Notes under the pieces: generated by a model
What the model was told of the DNA's origin: nothing
The model's input: the letters and a program-made list of their open reading frames with translations, nothing else
The model's database searches: none
Part shown: one piece after another, positions 30,068-39,296 of the stretch
How the letters are laid out: every line of letters begins with the position of its first letter
Position numbering within the stretch: the first letter of the stretch is position 1
Translations under genes and position numbers: made by a program
Source: Methylococcaceae bacterium
GTDB lineage: Bacteria > Pseudomonadota > Gammaproteobacteria > Methylococcales > Methylococcaceae
DNA length: 64,000 nucleotides
Reading direction: 5' to 3'
Assembly (NCBI GenBank): GCA_035518875.1
Contig: DATIXD010000089.1
Location: 726-64,725 of the forward strand

Positions 30068-32337
30068 AAACAACGATGGACCAGGGCTTAAGACAGAACT
30101 CCCGCAAAGGGGTGGGCGCTTATTATTGGCACGCTATATGGGCGGTCGTGCTCTCGTTTCAATTGGCCCATGTCCAAGCGGCGGGCTTGAAACTGCAGGC
30201 GATCGATTTCACGACCTTACCCGGAGACAACCTGCAACTGCAGCTCTCGCTGAGCGGTCCTGCCTCTTCTCCGCGGATTTTTCACACCGACAATCCTGCC
30301 CGTATCGCACTCGATCTGCCCGGTGTCGGCAACGAGCTGGAAAAGAAGCTGATCCCGATCAACGTCGGCGGAGCGCAAAGCATCCAAGCCTTAGAAGCCT
30401 CTGGCCGGACCCGGGTGGTCATCAACCTGACCGCATTGACGCCTTACACCAGCCGCGTGGAAGGCAACAACATCTATGTCACCTTATTAAAAAACAAAGG
30501 CGGTAGCTTCGCCGAAGCGCCGTCCTATGCGCCGCCGACCCGAGCGCCCTCCGAGTTTGAAGACAAGTGGTCGGGCCGAGAGATTCGGAACGTCGATTTC
30601 AGGCGTGGTGAAAACGGGGCGGGTCGCTTGCTGGTCACACTGGGCGATCCGAAAACCGTCGTGGACATTCGCGAGGAAGGCCGCAAGGTTATCGTCGACT
30701 TTCCGAACACCGCCCTCCCCTCCACGCTGGCACGCAGACTCGACGTGCAGGACTTCGCGACGCCCGTGCAAACGATCGACTCCATGATGGACGGTAACCG
30801 GGCCCGGATGATCATCACGCCCCTGTCGGAAGATTACGACTATTCCTCCTATCAGACGGATAATCTGTTAACCGTGGAATTCCGCCCTCTAACGAAAGTC
30901 GAGAAGGAGGAAATCAAGAAAAAAGCTTTCGCTTTCTCAGGTGAAAAACTTTCGCTGAACTTCCAGGACATTCCGGTTCGTAATGTCTTGCAAATCCTGG
31001 GCGACTTCACCAACCTGAACATCGTGGCCAGCGACACCGTCCAAGGCAACGTCACTTTGCGCCTCAACGAGGTTCCCTGGGATCAGGCGCTGGATCTGGT
31101 GCTGAAAGCCCGCGGTCTGGGCAAGCGCCAGGAAGGCAACATTATCCGGGTCGCCCCGCTGGACGAAATCAACAAGCAGGAGAAGGACGAGCTCGAGGCG
31201 CAAAAGGTCGTCGAGGAACTGGAGCCGCTGAGAACGGAAATCATACAGATCAACTACACCAAGGCCGACGACATTAAGCAGGTACTGGTGGGCACGACCG
31301 AAAAAACCAGCCCGTCCAGCTCTCAGCCCGCCCCCAGCATTACATTCCCAGGATATACCGGCACTTCAAACACCACAACAGGCCAGGAAGTGAGCCAGTC
31401 GATCTTGTCGGGCAGGGGCAATGTAACCACCGATCCCAGGACCAATCAGCTCATCGTCAAGGACACCGCCAGGAATCTGGAGCGGGTGAGAGATCTGATC
31501 AAGAAGTTGGACATCCCGGTACGCCAAGTGCTGATCGAATCCCGCGTCGTGATCGCCAACAACGACTTCACCCGACAATTGGGCAGCCGTTTATCCGTAA
31601 GGGGACCGGAAGACAATCTGGTGATTTCCGGTGGTGGTACTGGTGCTAATGCTGGGAAGGTTACTACGACGACTAATTCGCAACCTGGACCTTTATCCAC
31701 TTTTGGAGCTACGGCAACTGGAACCGCAGGCAGCGCGTTGACTTCTTTGGCTGCCGCCAGCCCCTTTGCTTCGGCAGGAGTCACACTTCTAAAGGCTGGT
31801 GATTTCTTGCTTGATCTGGAATTGTCGGCTGCCCAGACGGAAAACCGGGCCGAGATTATCTCCAATCCCAGATTGGTCACCGCGGATCAGACCAAGGCCG
31901 TGATCAAGCAGGGCGAAGAAATTCCCTATCAAACCACGGTCGTCGCCGGAGGCGGCGCATCGGCCAACATACAGTTCAAGCAAGCGGTCCTGGAACTAAA
32001 TGTCACACCGCATATCACGCCGGACGATCAAATTCTTATGGAACTTTTGATAAAAAAGGACGCAAGAGGCCAGCAAATACAGACCGCATCGGGTACGCAA
32101 TTCGCCATTGACAAGCGTGAAATCGACACGACGGCCTTGGTGAGCAATGGGCAAACGGTTGTATTAGGTGGCGTGTACGAGGCCACGAAACAGAACACCA
32201 CCGACAAGGTGCCCTTTTTCGGCGATTTGCCCGGGGTCGGTTTCATGTTCCGCAGGAACTCCGTCACGGACAACAAGAGGGAACTGCTGATTTTCATCAC
32301 GCCCAAGATACTGAGGCAATTCGTCGGCACGCCATAA
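30064..32337 (+). CDS. pilQ: type IV pilus secretin PilQ
   Basis: Two AMIN-like N-terminal repeats. N0/N1 and secretin domains (VLIESRVVIA..., PFFGDLPGVGFMFR, ELLIFITPKIL). Confidence 0.94.
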   Translation: MKTTMDQGLRQNSRKGVGAYYWHAIWAVVLSFQLAHVQAAGLKLQAIDFTTLPGDNLQLQLSLSGPASSPRIFHTDNPARIALDLPGVGNELEKKLIPINVGGAQSIQALEASGRTRVVINLTALTPYTSRVEGNNIYVTLLKNKGGSFAEAPSYAPPTRAPSEFEDKWSGREIRNVDFRRGENGAGRLLVTLGDPKTVVDIREEGRKVIVDFPNTALPSTLARRLDVQDFATPVQTIDSMMDGNRARMIITPLSEDYDYSSYQTDNLLTVEFRPLTKVEKEEIKKKAFAFSGEKLSLNFQDIPVRNVLQILGDFTNLNIVASDTVQGNVTLRLNEVPWDQALDLVLKARGLGKRQEGNIIRVAPLDEINKQEKDELEAQKVVEELEPLRTEIIQINYTKADDIKQVLVGTTEKTSPSSSQPAPSITFPGYTGTSNTTTGQEVSQSILSGRGNVTTDPRTNQLIVKDTARNLERVRDLIKKLDIPVRQVLIESRVVIANNDFTRQLGSRLSVRGPEDNLVISGGGTGANAGKVTTTTNSQPGPLSTFGATATGTAGSALTSLAAASPFASAGVTLLKAGDFLLDLELSAAQTENRAEIISNPRLVTADQTKAVIKQGEEIPYQTTVVAGGGASANIQFKQAVLELNVTPHITPDDQILMELLIKKDARGQQIQTASGTQFAIDKREIDTTALVSNGQTVVLGGVYEATKQNTTDKVPFFGDLPGVGFMFRRNSVTDNKRELLIFITPKILRQFVGTP

Positions 32338-32357
32338 GGAGTTAATTCCACCCGCAA

Positions 32358-32387
32358 GGCGTCGGGCATCCCCCCGGCGCCTTTTTT
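32358..32387 (+). terminator. rho-independent terminator after pilQ
   Basis: GGCGTCGGG-CATCCC-CCCGGCGCC forms a 9-bp stem with one G:U pair. It is followed by TTTTTT. Confidence 0.6.
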
Positions 32388-32468
32388 GCGCCCGAAGAAA
32401 CCGGCCTCACGCTCCGGACGCACGACAGAACATGGTATGATTGCGCCGCTGATTATTTTTCCCGTCGC

Positions 32469-32996
32469 ATGAAACTCAACGGAAACATCTTTCTGATCGG
32501 CCCGATGGGAGCCGGCAAAACAACCATTGGTCGGCTTCTGGCGAAGGCGCTGGGCGTAGATTTTTTCGACAGCGACAAGGAGATTGAGCAGCGGACGGGC
32601 GTCAGCATTCCGATGATCTTCGAATACGAAGGCGAGGCGGGTTTCAGGAAGCGCGAGTCGGAAGTCTTGAACGTGCTGACACAGCTCGAACCCATCGTGC
32701 TGGCGACCGGGGGCGGTTCGGTGCTGCTGCCGGAAAATCGGGAATTTCTGACTCGACGGGGCTTCGTGGTCTATTTGCAGTGTGGCGTCGGAAAGCAGTT
32801 GGAGCGGACCCACAAGGACCCCAACCGCCCGCTGCTGCATACCGAGAATCCGCGTGCGCGGCTGGAAGAACTCCTGCGCGTCCGCGATCCGATTTACCGG
32901 TCTTTGGCCAATTGCACGGTGGATACGGGCCAATTTTCGAGCCGCAGCGCGGTGCGGCAAATTCTCAGGGCATTAAACCGTGCCCACCAAAAATAA
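32469..32996 (+). CDS. aroK: shikimate kinase
   Basis: [19 protein letters not shown] is the P-loop. LATGGG is also present. Confidence 0.95.
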   Translation: MKLNGNIFLIGPMGAGKTTIGRLLAKALGVDFFDSDKEIEQRTGVSIPMIFEYEGEAGFRKRESEVLNVLTQLEPIVLATGGGSVLLPENREFLTRRGFVVYLQCGVGKQLERTHKDPNRPLLHTENPRARLEELLRVRDPIYRSLANCTVDTGQFSSRSAVRQILRALNRAHQK

Positions 32997-34081
32997 TGAT
33001 GAAAACACTGAACGTCAGTTTGGGGGATCGCAGCTATCCCATTTACATCGGCTCCGGCCTGCTCGATCAGGGCGAGTTGCTGAACCGGCATATCCTTTCC
33101 AGTCAGGTGATGGTCGTCACTAACGAAACGGTTGCGCCGCTCTATCTGGACCGAATCGTAAAGAACCTGTGCACCTCACAGTTGGCCACGGTGATTCTGC
33201 CCGATGGCGAGGCTTTCAAGACCATCGACTCTGCGATGCGCATTTTCGACGAATTGCTCGAGCACAAATTCGCCCGCAATGCCTGTCTCGTCGCCCTCGG
33301 CGGTGGCGTGATCGGCGATCTGGTCGGCTTCGCCGCCGCCTGTTACCAGAGAGGCGTGCCATTCGTGCAAGTGCCGACCACCCTGTTAGCCCAGGTCGAT
33401 TCCTCGGTCGGCGGCAAGACTGCAGTCAACCATCCACTCGGCAAGAACATGATCGGGGCGTTTTACCAACCCCGGTGTGTACTGGCCGACACTTCCGTAT
33501 TAGATACCCTGGCGGATCGCGAGCTCAGTGCGGGCCTCGCCGAAGTCATCAAATACGGCTTGATCCGCGACCTGGAATTTTTTTCTTGGCTGGAAGCCAA
33601 CGTCGAGGCGCTGTTGCGCCGAGAATCCGAAGCCCTCGCCTACGCCATCGAACGCTCCTGCCGCAACAAGGCCGAAGTGGTGGCGGCGGACGAGCGAGAG
33701 TCCGGCGTCCGGGCCACGCTGAATCTCGGCCATACCTTCGGGCACGCCATCGAAACCGGCTGTGGATACGGCACTTATCTGCATGGCGAGGCCATCGCCG
33801 TTGGCATTTGTCAGGCTGCGGATTTGTCCAAGCGGCTGGGTTGGTTGTCGGACGCCGACGTCGCCCGTATCGTCGAATTGCTGCGCCGCGTCCGCCTGCC
33901 TGTGTCCCCGCCACCGGAACTCGACAGCCGGCGCTTTCTGGAATTGATGGCGGTCGATAAGAAAAACCTGGACGGCAGGCTTCGCTTGATCCTCCTGGAA
34001 CGAATCGGGTGCGCCACTCTTCCCCTTAACGTCGATATTAAAACCTTGCAAGCGACCCTGGATGAATACGGCCGGGAATAA
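32996..34081 (+). CDS. aroB: 3-dehydroquinate synthase
   Basis: The start was trimmed to the ATG at 32996 (TAATG overlap with aroK). [34 protein letters not shown] and GHTFGHAIE are present. Confidence 0.95.
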   Translation: MMKTLNVSLGDRSYPIYIGSGLLDQGELLNRHILSSQVMVVTNETVAPLYLDRIVKNLCTSQLATVILPDGEAFKTIDSAMRIFDELLEHKFARNACLVALGGGVIGDLVGFAAACYQRGVPFVQVPTTLLAQVDSSVGGKTAVNHPLGKNMIGAFYQPRCVLADTSVLDTLADRELSAGLAEVIKYGLIRDLEFFSWLEANVEALLRRESEALAYAIERSCRNKAEVVAADERESGVRATLNLGHTFGHAIETGCGYGTYLHGEAIAVGICQAADLSKRLGWLSDADVARIVELLRRVRLPVSPPPELDSRRFLELMAVDKKNLDGRLRLILLERIGCATLPLNVDIKTLQATLDEYGRE

Positions 34082-35516
34082 TCCTTCCTCGCACCCACTT
34101 TCGGCTACGCCCGCCGCAAACGCGGGCGTACCGCCCTCCCCCTATGGCCGCGGCGGTCGAATACCAAAACTTGATTTATTGCTCCATCTGCTCGCCAATC
34201 TGCACCAACCCATCATGCTCCTGGGGCCGAAAGGCGCTGGCAAAACCGCCCTGCTGCGGCAGATCCAGGGACATGCCCACGATTCTTGGAAGGTCTGTTA
34301 TGTGCTGTCCACGGCAAACCTGAGCTTCGGGCGTATCCTGGACGAAATTTGCCAGTTACTGCAAAAGCCCGGGCAATCCTCGCCTAACGAGGACACCGAA
34401 GCCTGGCTGGAGGAACAACTGACTGCTTTCGCCCGACAAGACCGAAGCTTAGTGCTTTTGCTCGACAATGCCGGCATATTGATGCCGGGCCTGCTCGACG
34501 CGCTGTGCGGGTTTGTTCGGCGGCATCCCGCGCTGCGATTGGCGTTCACCCTGTGCCCAGAAGACATCGGCATCAAAACCGCGACCGATGCGCCGGCTGT
34601 GAACGATTCGCACGTGGTCCATCTTTCTTCTCCCACCGATGCCGACCCCGGGGTCATTCCGAGCCGGCCGACGGTCGAATCGTCCCAGCGTCCGCCACAC
34701 CAGGCTTCTTCGAACGCACCTAAGTTATTGCTCGCCTCCGGAATTCTCCTCGCGATTCTTGCCGCATCGGCCGTCGCCCTATTGCTGCAACGGGGCGAAA
34801 GCGAGCCGCAGTCGGCCGCGATCATCGAGCCGACCTCGGAAGTTATCCGGCCCCCAGCAGCCAACACGGTTGAAATAGGCTCGGGGCCAACATCTGTTGC
34901 TTCTTCCCCCGTGGAGGAAGGAAGTGAAACCGGAGCGTCGATCGTTAATTCAACAACATCGACTTCACCGCCGCCCGCGACCTTAGAAAGCCCTATCCAG
35001 CCAAGTGAGGCCAACACGGCAACCCGACCGCCGGCTGTCGATGCTGCCCCAACGAAGACGCCGGACCCAGGTAAAAACACAAGCGCCGCCTTAGAATCAA
35101 AAGAAAGCATTCAAGAACGCCCGCTCACGCCGGAAGAAAAACCGAAACTTCCGCCGCCGGCGCAATCGGGCGGTAACCTTACCAGCGGTCTGAAGGACGG
35201 GGATTGGCTGATGCAGCAAAACCCGAATGCCTACACCCTGCAGGTGGTCGCGGTTTCGCGGTTCGACGCCCTGGTCAAATTCGCCGAACAGATTCCGGCC
35301 GGAAGCGAGCTCGCAACCTTTCGCTCCCGCAAGGGAAATGGCGCTTTGTATCCGTTGTTCTACGGCCTCTATCCAAATCTTGCCACCGCGAAGGAAGCGA
35401 GCGATCGTTGGCCGCCCACCCTGGGCAGGCCATACCCTAGACAGCTGAAATCCATTCAGTACGAGATCCAAAGAATGGCGCCCAAGAAAGCCGAGCCGAC
35501 TCCCCCTCCACAATAA
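34062..35516 (+). CDS. AAA+ (ExeA-like P-loop) / SPOR-domain protein in the DamX position
   Basis: Walker [13 protein letters not shown] and a Walker B-like [11 protein letters not shown] segment [22 protein letters not shown] long P/S/T-rich linker. A C-terminal SPOR-like block YTLQVVAVS...[17 protein letters not shown]. Confidence 0.7.
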   Translation: MNTAGNNPSSHPLSATPAANAGVPPSPYGRGGRIPKLDLLLHLLANLHQPIMLLGPKGAGKTALLRQIQGHAHDSWKVCYVLSTANLSFGRILDEICQLLQKPGQSSPNEDTEAWLEEQLTAFARQDRSLVLLLDNAGILMPGLLDALCGFVRRHPALRLAFTLCPEDIGIKTATDAPAVNDSHVVHLSSPTDADPGVIPSRPTVESSQRPPHQASSNAPKLLLASGILLAILAASAVALLLQRGESEPQSAAIIEPTSEVIRPPAANTVEIGSGPTSVASSPVEEGSETGASIVNSTTSTSPPPATLESPIQPSEANTATRPPAVDAAPTKTPDPGKNTSAALESKESIQERPLTPEEKPKLPPPAQSGGNLTSGLKDGDWLMQQNPNAYTLQVVAVSRFDALVKFAEQIPAGSELATFRSRKGNGALYPLFYGLYPNLATAKEASDRWPPTLGRPYPRQLKSIQYEIQRMAPKKAEPTPPPQ

Positions 35517-35526
35517 AAGCAATCTC

Positions 35527-36597
35527 ATGAACCGACTCAAGAACGACTGTTTCATTCGCGCGCTGTTAAGACGACCGGTTGAGCGTACGCCGGTCTGGAT
35601 GATGCGGCAGGCGGGCCGCTACCTGCCCGAATACCGCCGTGTCCGCGAGCAGGCGGGCAGCTTCATGAAGCTTTGTACCACGCCGGAGTTGGCCTGCGAG
35701 GTGACCATCCAACCCATCGAGCGCTTTCGCCTGGACGCCGCCATCCTGTTTTCCGACATCCTGACGATTCCTGACGCGATGGGGCTCGGACTGCATTTCA
35801 TCGAGGGCGAAGGCCCGAAATTCAGCGATCCCATCCGCAACGCCGAGGATATCCGCAGACTGCCGATACCCGATCCGGAGGTCGATCTGCGTTACGTTCC
35901 CGACGCGGTGCGCCTTATCCAGCGGCATCTGCAAGGTACGGTTCCGCTGCTCGGCTTCTCGGGCAGCCCCTGGACGCTGGCCACCTATATGGTCGAGGGC
36001 GCCAGCAGCCGCGAATTCCGCAAGGTCAAGGGGCTGATGTACGACCAACCCGCTCTGCTGCACGAGCTTCTTGGCAAGCTGGCCGATTCGATCGCCGCCT
36101 ATCTCAATGCCCAGATTGCCGCCGGCGCCGATGCCGTCATGGTGTTCGATACCTGGGGCGGAATGTTGACGACCGAACAATATCAAACGTTTTCCCTCGA
36201 TTACGCCAAGCGCATCCTCGATCGACTCAAGCGCCGCATCGACGGAAGGACTATCCCGTCCATCCTGTTCACCAAGGGCGGGGGGCTCTGGCTGGAAGCG
36301 ATGGCAGAAACCGGCTATGACGCGTTGGGACTGGACTGGCAGACACACATCGGCCAAGCCCGCCGACGCGTCGGCGCAAAGGTGGCCTTGCAGGGCAATC
36401 TGGATCCCGCCGCCCTGTATGCACAACCGGAAACGATCCGCGCCGAGGTGAAAAACATCCTGACCCACTTCGGGCAGGGATCAGGCCATGTCTTCAACCT
36501 GGGCCATGGCGTCCTGCCTGACATTAAGCCCGAACATGTCGGCGCGATGATCGAGGCGGTGCACGAATTCAGCCCGGCCTTCCACCCGGCCGGCTAG
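35527..36597 (+). CDS. hemE: uroporphyrinogen decarboxylase
   Basis: [16 protein letters not shown] and further URO-D blocks. Confidence 0.96.
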   Translation: MNRLKNDCFIRALLRRPVERTPVWMMRQAGRYLPEYRRVREQAGSFMKLCTTPELACEVTIQPIERFRLDAAILFSDILTIPDAMGLGLHFIEGEGPKFSDPIRNAEDIRRLPIPDPEVDLRYVPDAVRLIQRHLQGTVPLLGFSGSPWTLATYMVEGASSREFRKVKGLMYDQPALLHELLGKLADSIAAYLNAQIAAGADAVMVFDTWGGMLTTEQYQTFSLDYAKRILDRLKRRIDGRTIPSILFTKGGGLWLEAMAETGYDALGLDWQTHIGQARRRVGAKVALQGNLDPAALYAQPETIRAEVKNILTHFGQGSGHVFNLGHGVLPDIKPEHVGAMIEAVHEFSPAFHPAG

Positions 36598-36599
36598 AC

Positions 36600-37139
36600 A
36601 TGTCAGCCGAAAATCCCTGGAAGCTGCTGCGCCGCCGGGCCGTTTACGACAACCCCTGGATTCATGTCGACGAAGACGAGGTGCTCAACCCCGGCGGGGG
36701 CCTCAGCCTCTACGGCAAGATCCATTTCAAGAACCAGGCGATCGGCATCATCCCGCTGGACGAGCGGGGCAACACCTGGCTAGTCGGCCAGTACCGCTAC
36801 GTACCGGACGCCTATTTCTGGGAAATCCCGATGGGCGGATCCCCCTACGGAGAGGACATCCTGGAAACCGCAAAACGCGAGCTAAAGGAAGAAACCGGAC
36901 TCACCGCCAAGCGCTGGACCCTATTCATGCGCCTGCACACCTCCAATTCGGTCACCGACGAGGAAGGTTTTGTCTTTCTCGCCGAGGAACTCACCGAGGG
37001 AGAAACGGAATTCGAGGACACCGAGGCGATTACGGTGAAAAAGCTCCCGTTGGCAGAGGCAATACGGATGGTGATGGATGGCCAAATCACCGACGCCATC
37101 AGCGCGGCGGGGTTGCTAAAACTCGCCTGCAAAGGCTAA
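36600..37139 (+). CDS. NUDIX hydrolase (ADP-sugar pyrophosphatase-like)
   Basis: Nudix box GGSPYGEDILETAKRELKEETGL. Confidence 0.85.
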   Translation: MSAENPWKLLRRRAVYDNPWIHVDEDEVLNPGGGLSLYGKIHFKNQAIGIIPLDERGNTWLVGQYRYVPDAYFWEIPMGGSPYGEDILETAKRELKEETGLTAKRWTLFMRLHTSNSVTDEEGFVFLAEELTEGETEFEDTEAITVKKLPLAEAIRMVMDGQITDAISAAGLLKLACKG

Positions 37140-39190
37140 CTGGTGGGCTGACCCCTCTTTTCCCTGGCGCAGCTCTCGGGACTAACGCCTTCATTCAAAC
37201 TACCGGCAATAAACATTTCCGCAGCCTCGAGTTGCACCGGATTGCCGATCAGGCCGATGCGATCGCCCATTCGGAACACGGTTTCCGTATCCGGATTTAA
37301 TATGAGCCTACCCTCGCGGGCAATCGCAACGATCGTCGCACCGGTGCGGCTGCGTAGCGCAACCTCCCCTAATGAACGCCTCTCCAACGGGCTCGCGGCA
37401 GGCAATTTGACCCAGGCGATTTCGATGAGATCCTGGGCGTCCAGCAAGTCACGCAAGAGCTTTTCTTCTCCCGTGGATTTGACCAATGCGTCGTAATGCT
37501 CACGCCGAACCGACTCGGCGTAGTGACGCACTTCCTGCAACGGAAATCCCAGTTGTAGCAGGGTGTGTCGAATCACTTGCAAACCGCCCTCCAACTCCGG
37601 ATGGATAACGAGCTGGGCGCCGAGAGCGGACAAGCGTTTGACGCCGGCTCGTGTCGCGGCTCGGGCAATAATGGGCAACTGGGGCGCCAGATCCCGGGCC
37701 GCCGCAACCGTCAATTCCGTGGCCGCTTCCTCCGGCAAGGTAACTACCAGCACACGCGCCCGATTCAAGCCGGCGTGCGTAAGGATCTCGGAGTTGGCGG
37801 TATCGCCCAGTAAGGTTGGTACTCCCGTGTTGACCAGCCTCTGCACCCTATCGATATTCGAATCGATGACCAGGTAGGGGATATGCAGATGCCCCAATAC
37901 GTCGACGATATGCTTGCCGACTCGACCGCAGCCGACGATCACCACGTGATCGGCAGTCGACTCCTCGGCGGGGAGCGTTTGCGCCGAACCATAACGGTCA
38001 AGCCATTTCCACAGGGGGCGGATACGCCGTAGGCAGCGCTCGGAAACATCAACGCTGCGGAGCATCAGCGGATTGACCGTGATGGACATCAAAGCCCCTG
38101 CCAGAATCAGCGAGTACTGCGCTTTCTCAAGAAGCCCCAAGGCGAGCCCGGTCTGACCCAGGATAAAGGAAAACTCGCCGATTTGACTGGATCCGGCGGC
38201 TACGATTAGCGCAGTGCGCGCCGGCCGCCGAAACAGGAAAGCCCACAGCGCCGTGACCAGCGATTTTCCGAACACGATCAACCCCGTCATGGCGAGAACC
38301 GGTCCCACGTTATCCAGCAGGTAGTGGGGGTCAAGCAGCATGCCTATGGAAACGAAGAAGAGCACGGAAAATGCTTCGCGAAATGGAAAAAGATCGGATG
38401 CGATGCGATGACTGAGGGGCGATTCGCTGACGACCGCCCCGGCTACAAAGGCACCAAGCGCAAGGGAGACCCCGAATAATTCCGATGCGGCGAGTGCAAC
38501 GCCGAGAGACAGGGTGAGAATCGCCAGGATGAAAAGCTCACGCGAACGAGTATGGGCCACACGCAACAACAACCAAGGGATAAAGCGCACGCCGGCATAT
38601 AACATGAAGCCCAGAAAACCCAGGGCGGCTAAGATCGTGAGGCCCAACGCCCGCCAATCGATTGCGTTTCCGGTATTACCCAGGCTCGGCATCGCCAGCA
38701 AAATCAGGACGGTGGCGATATCCTGAACCACCAACCAGCCGACGGCAACCTGTCCATGAGGCGTGTTGAGCAAACCGTGATCCATCAACCCGCGCAACAG
38801 CACGATGGTACTGGCGATGGCAACCGCCAGGCCCAGAACGAGCCCGGAAATCGGCGACCATCCCCAATACTGGCTCAGGCCGAATCCCAGCGCGACCGTC
38901 GCGGCCATCTGCCCAAGCGCGCCCATGATGGCAACGTCGCGGACTTTCCAGAGGTCGCTGAAGGAGAAATGCAGCCCGACACCGAACATCAGAAATACGA
39001 TGCCCAATTCGGCTAACTGGCTGATGGTATTGCCGTCTCCCACAAACCCCGGCGTGAACGGACCAATGGCGACCCCGGCCAAGAGATAGCCGATAATGGC
39101 GGGAAGCCCGATGCGCTGAACGATCAATCCGCCGATAAAGGCCGCGCCTAACGCCGTGGCGATATTGACGAGTAGCGACAGGCTCTGCAT
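37136..39190 (-). CDS. CPA2-family cation:proton antiporter with RCK (TrkA-N/TrkA-C) domains (YbaL/Kef-type)
   Basis: About 13 TM helices of the Na_H_exchanger type. A Rossmann motif VVIVGCGRVGKHI. A C-terminal TrkA-C-like beta domain. Confidence 0.88.
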   Translation of the reverse strand: MQSLSLLVNIATALGAAFIGGLIVQRIGLPAIIGYLLAGVAIGPFTPGFVGDGNTISQLAELGIVFLMFGVGLHFSFSDLWKVRDVAIMGALGQMAATVALGFGLSQYWGWSPISGLVLGLAVAIASTIVLLRGLMDHGLLNTPHGQVAVGWLVVQDIATVLILLAMPSLGNTGNAIDWRALGLTILAALGFLGFMLYAGVRFIPWLLLRVAHTRSRELFILAILTLSLGVALAASELFGVSLALGAFVAGAVVSESPLSHRIASDLFPFREAFSVLFFVSIGMLLDPHYLLDNVGPVLAMTGLIVFGKSLVTALWAFLFRRPARTALIVAAGSSQIGEFSFILGQTGLALGLLEKAQYSLILAGALMSITVNPLMLRSVDVSERCLRRIRPLWKWLDRYGSAQTLPAEESTADHVVIVGCGRVGKHIVDVLGHLHIPYLVIDSNIDRVQRLVNTGVPTLLGDTANSEILTHAGLNRARVLVVTLPEEAATELTVAAARDLAPQLPIIARAATRAGVKRLSALGAQLVIHPELEGGLQVIRHTLLQLGFPLQEVRHYAESVRREHYDALVKSTGEEKLLRDLLDAQDLIEIAWVKLPAASPLERRSLGEVALRSRTGATIVAIAREGRLILNPDTETVFRMGDRIGLIGNPVQLEAAEMFIAGSLNEGVSPESCAREKRGQPTS

Positions 39191-39296
39191 CGATTAGTCT
39201 GCCTGCACGGGTTCTCGCGGAAGTTCCGCAGGACGGTGCACCCCTGTTTGGCGTTCTCTCTTCGACTTCAGCCGTTCTCGTCCGACAACGCCATGC

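Noticed and set aside
35566-36468. A 300-aa ORF antisense to hemE. Similar long antisense or off-frame ORFs occur at 45041..46186, 6318..7178, 10850..11764, 10023..10712, 13560..14384, 32028..32960, 54337..55080 and 52769..53542.
   Set aside because: Each lies opposite, or out of frame with, a gene carrying unmistakable family motifs. The translations are Arg/Gly/Ala/Pro-rich with no motifs. Stop-poor alternative frames are expected at this G+C content.
37136-37139. The convergent NUDIX and Kef-type genes overlap by 4 nt. CTAA carries TAA on the + strand and TAG on the - strand.
   Set aside because: The overlap is real but trivial. Compact convergent gene ends like this are common and imply nothing beyond the lack of a shared terminator.
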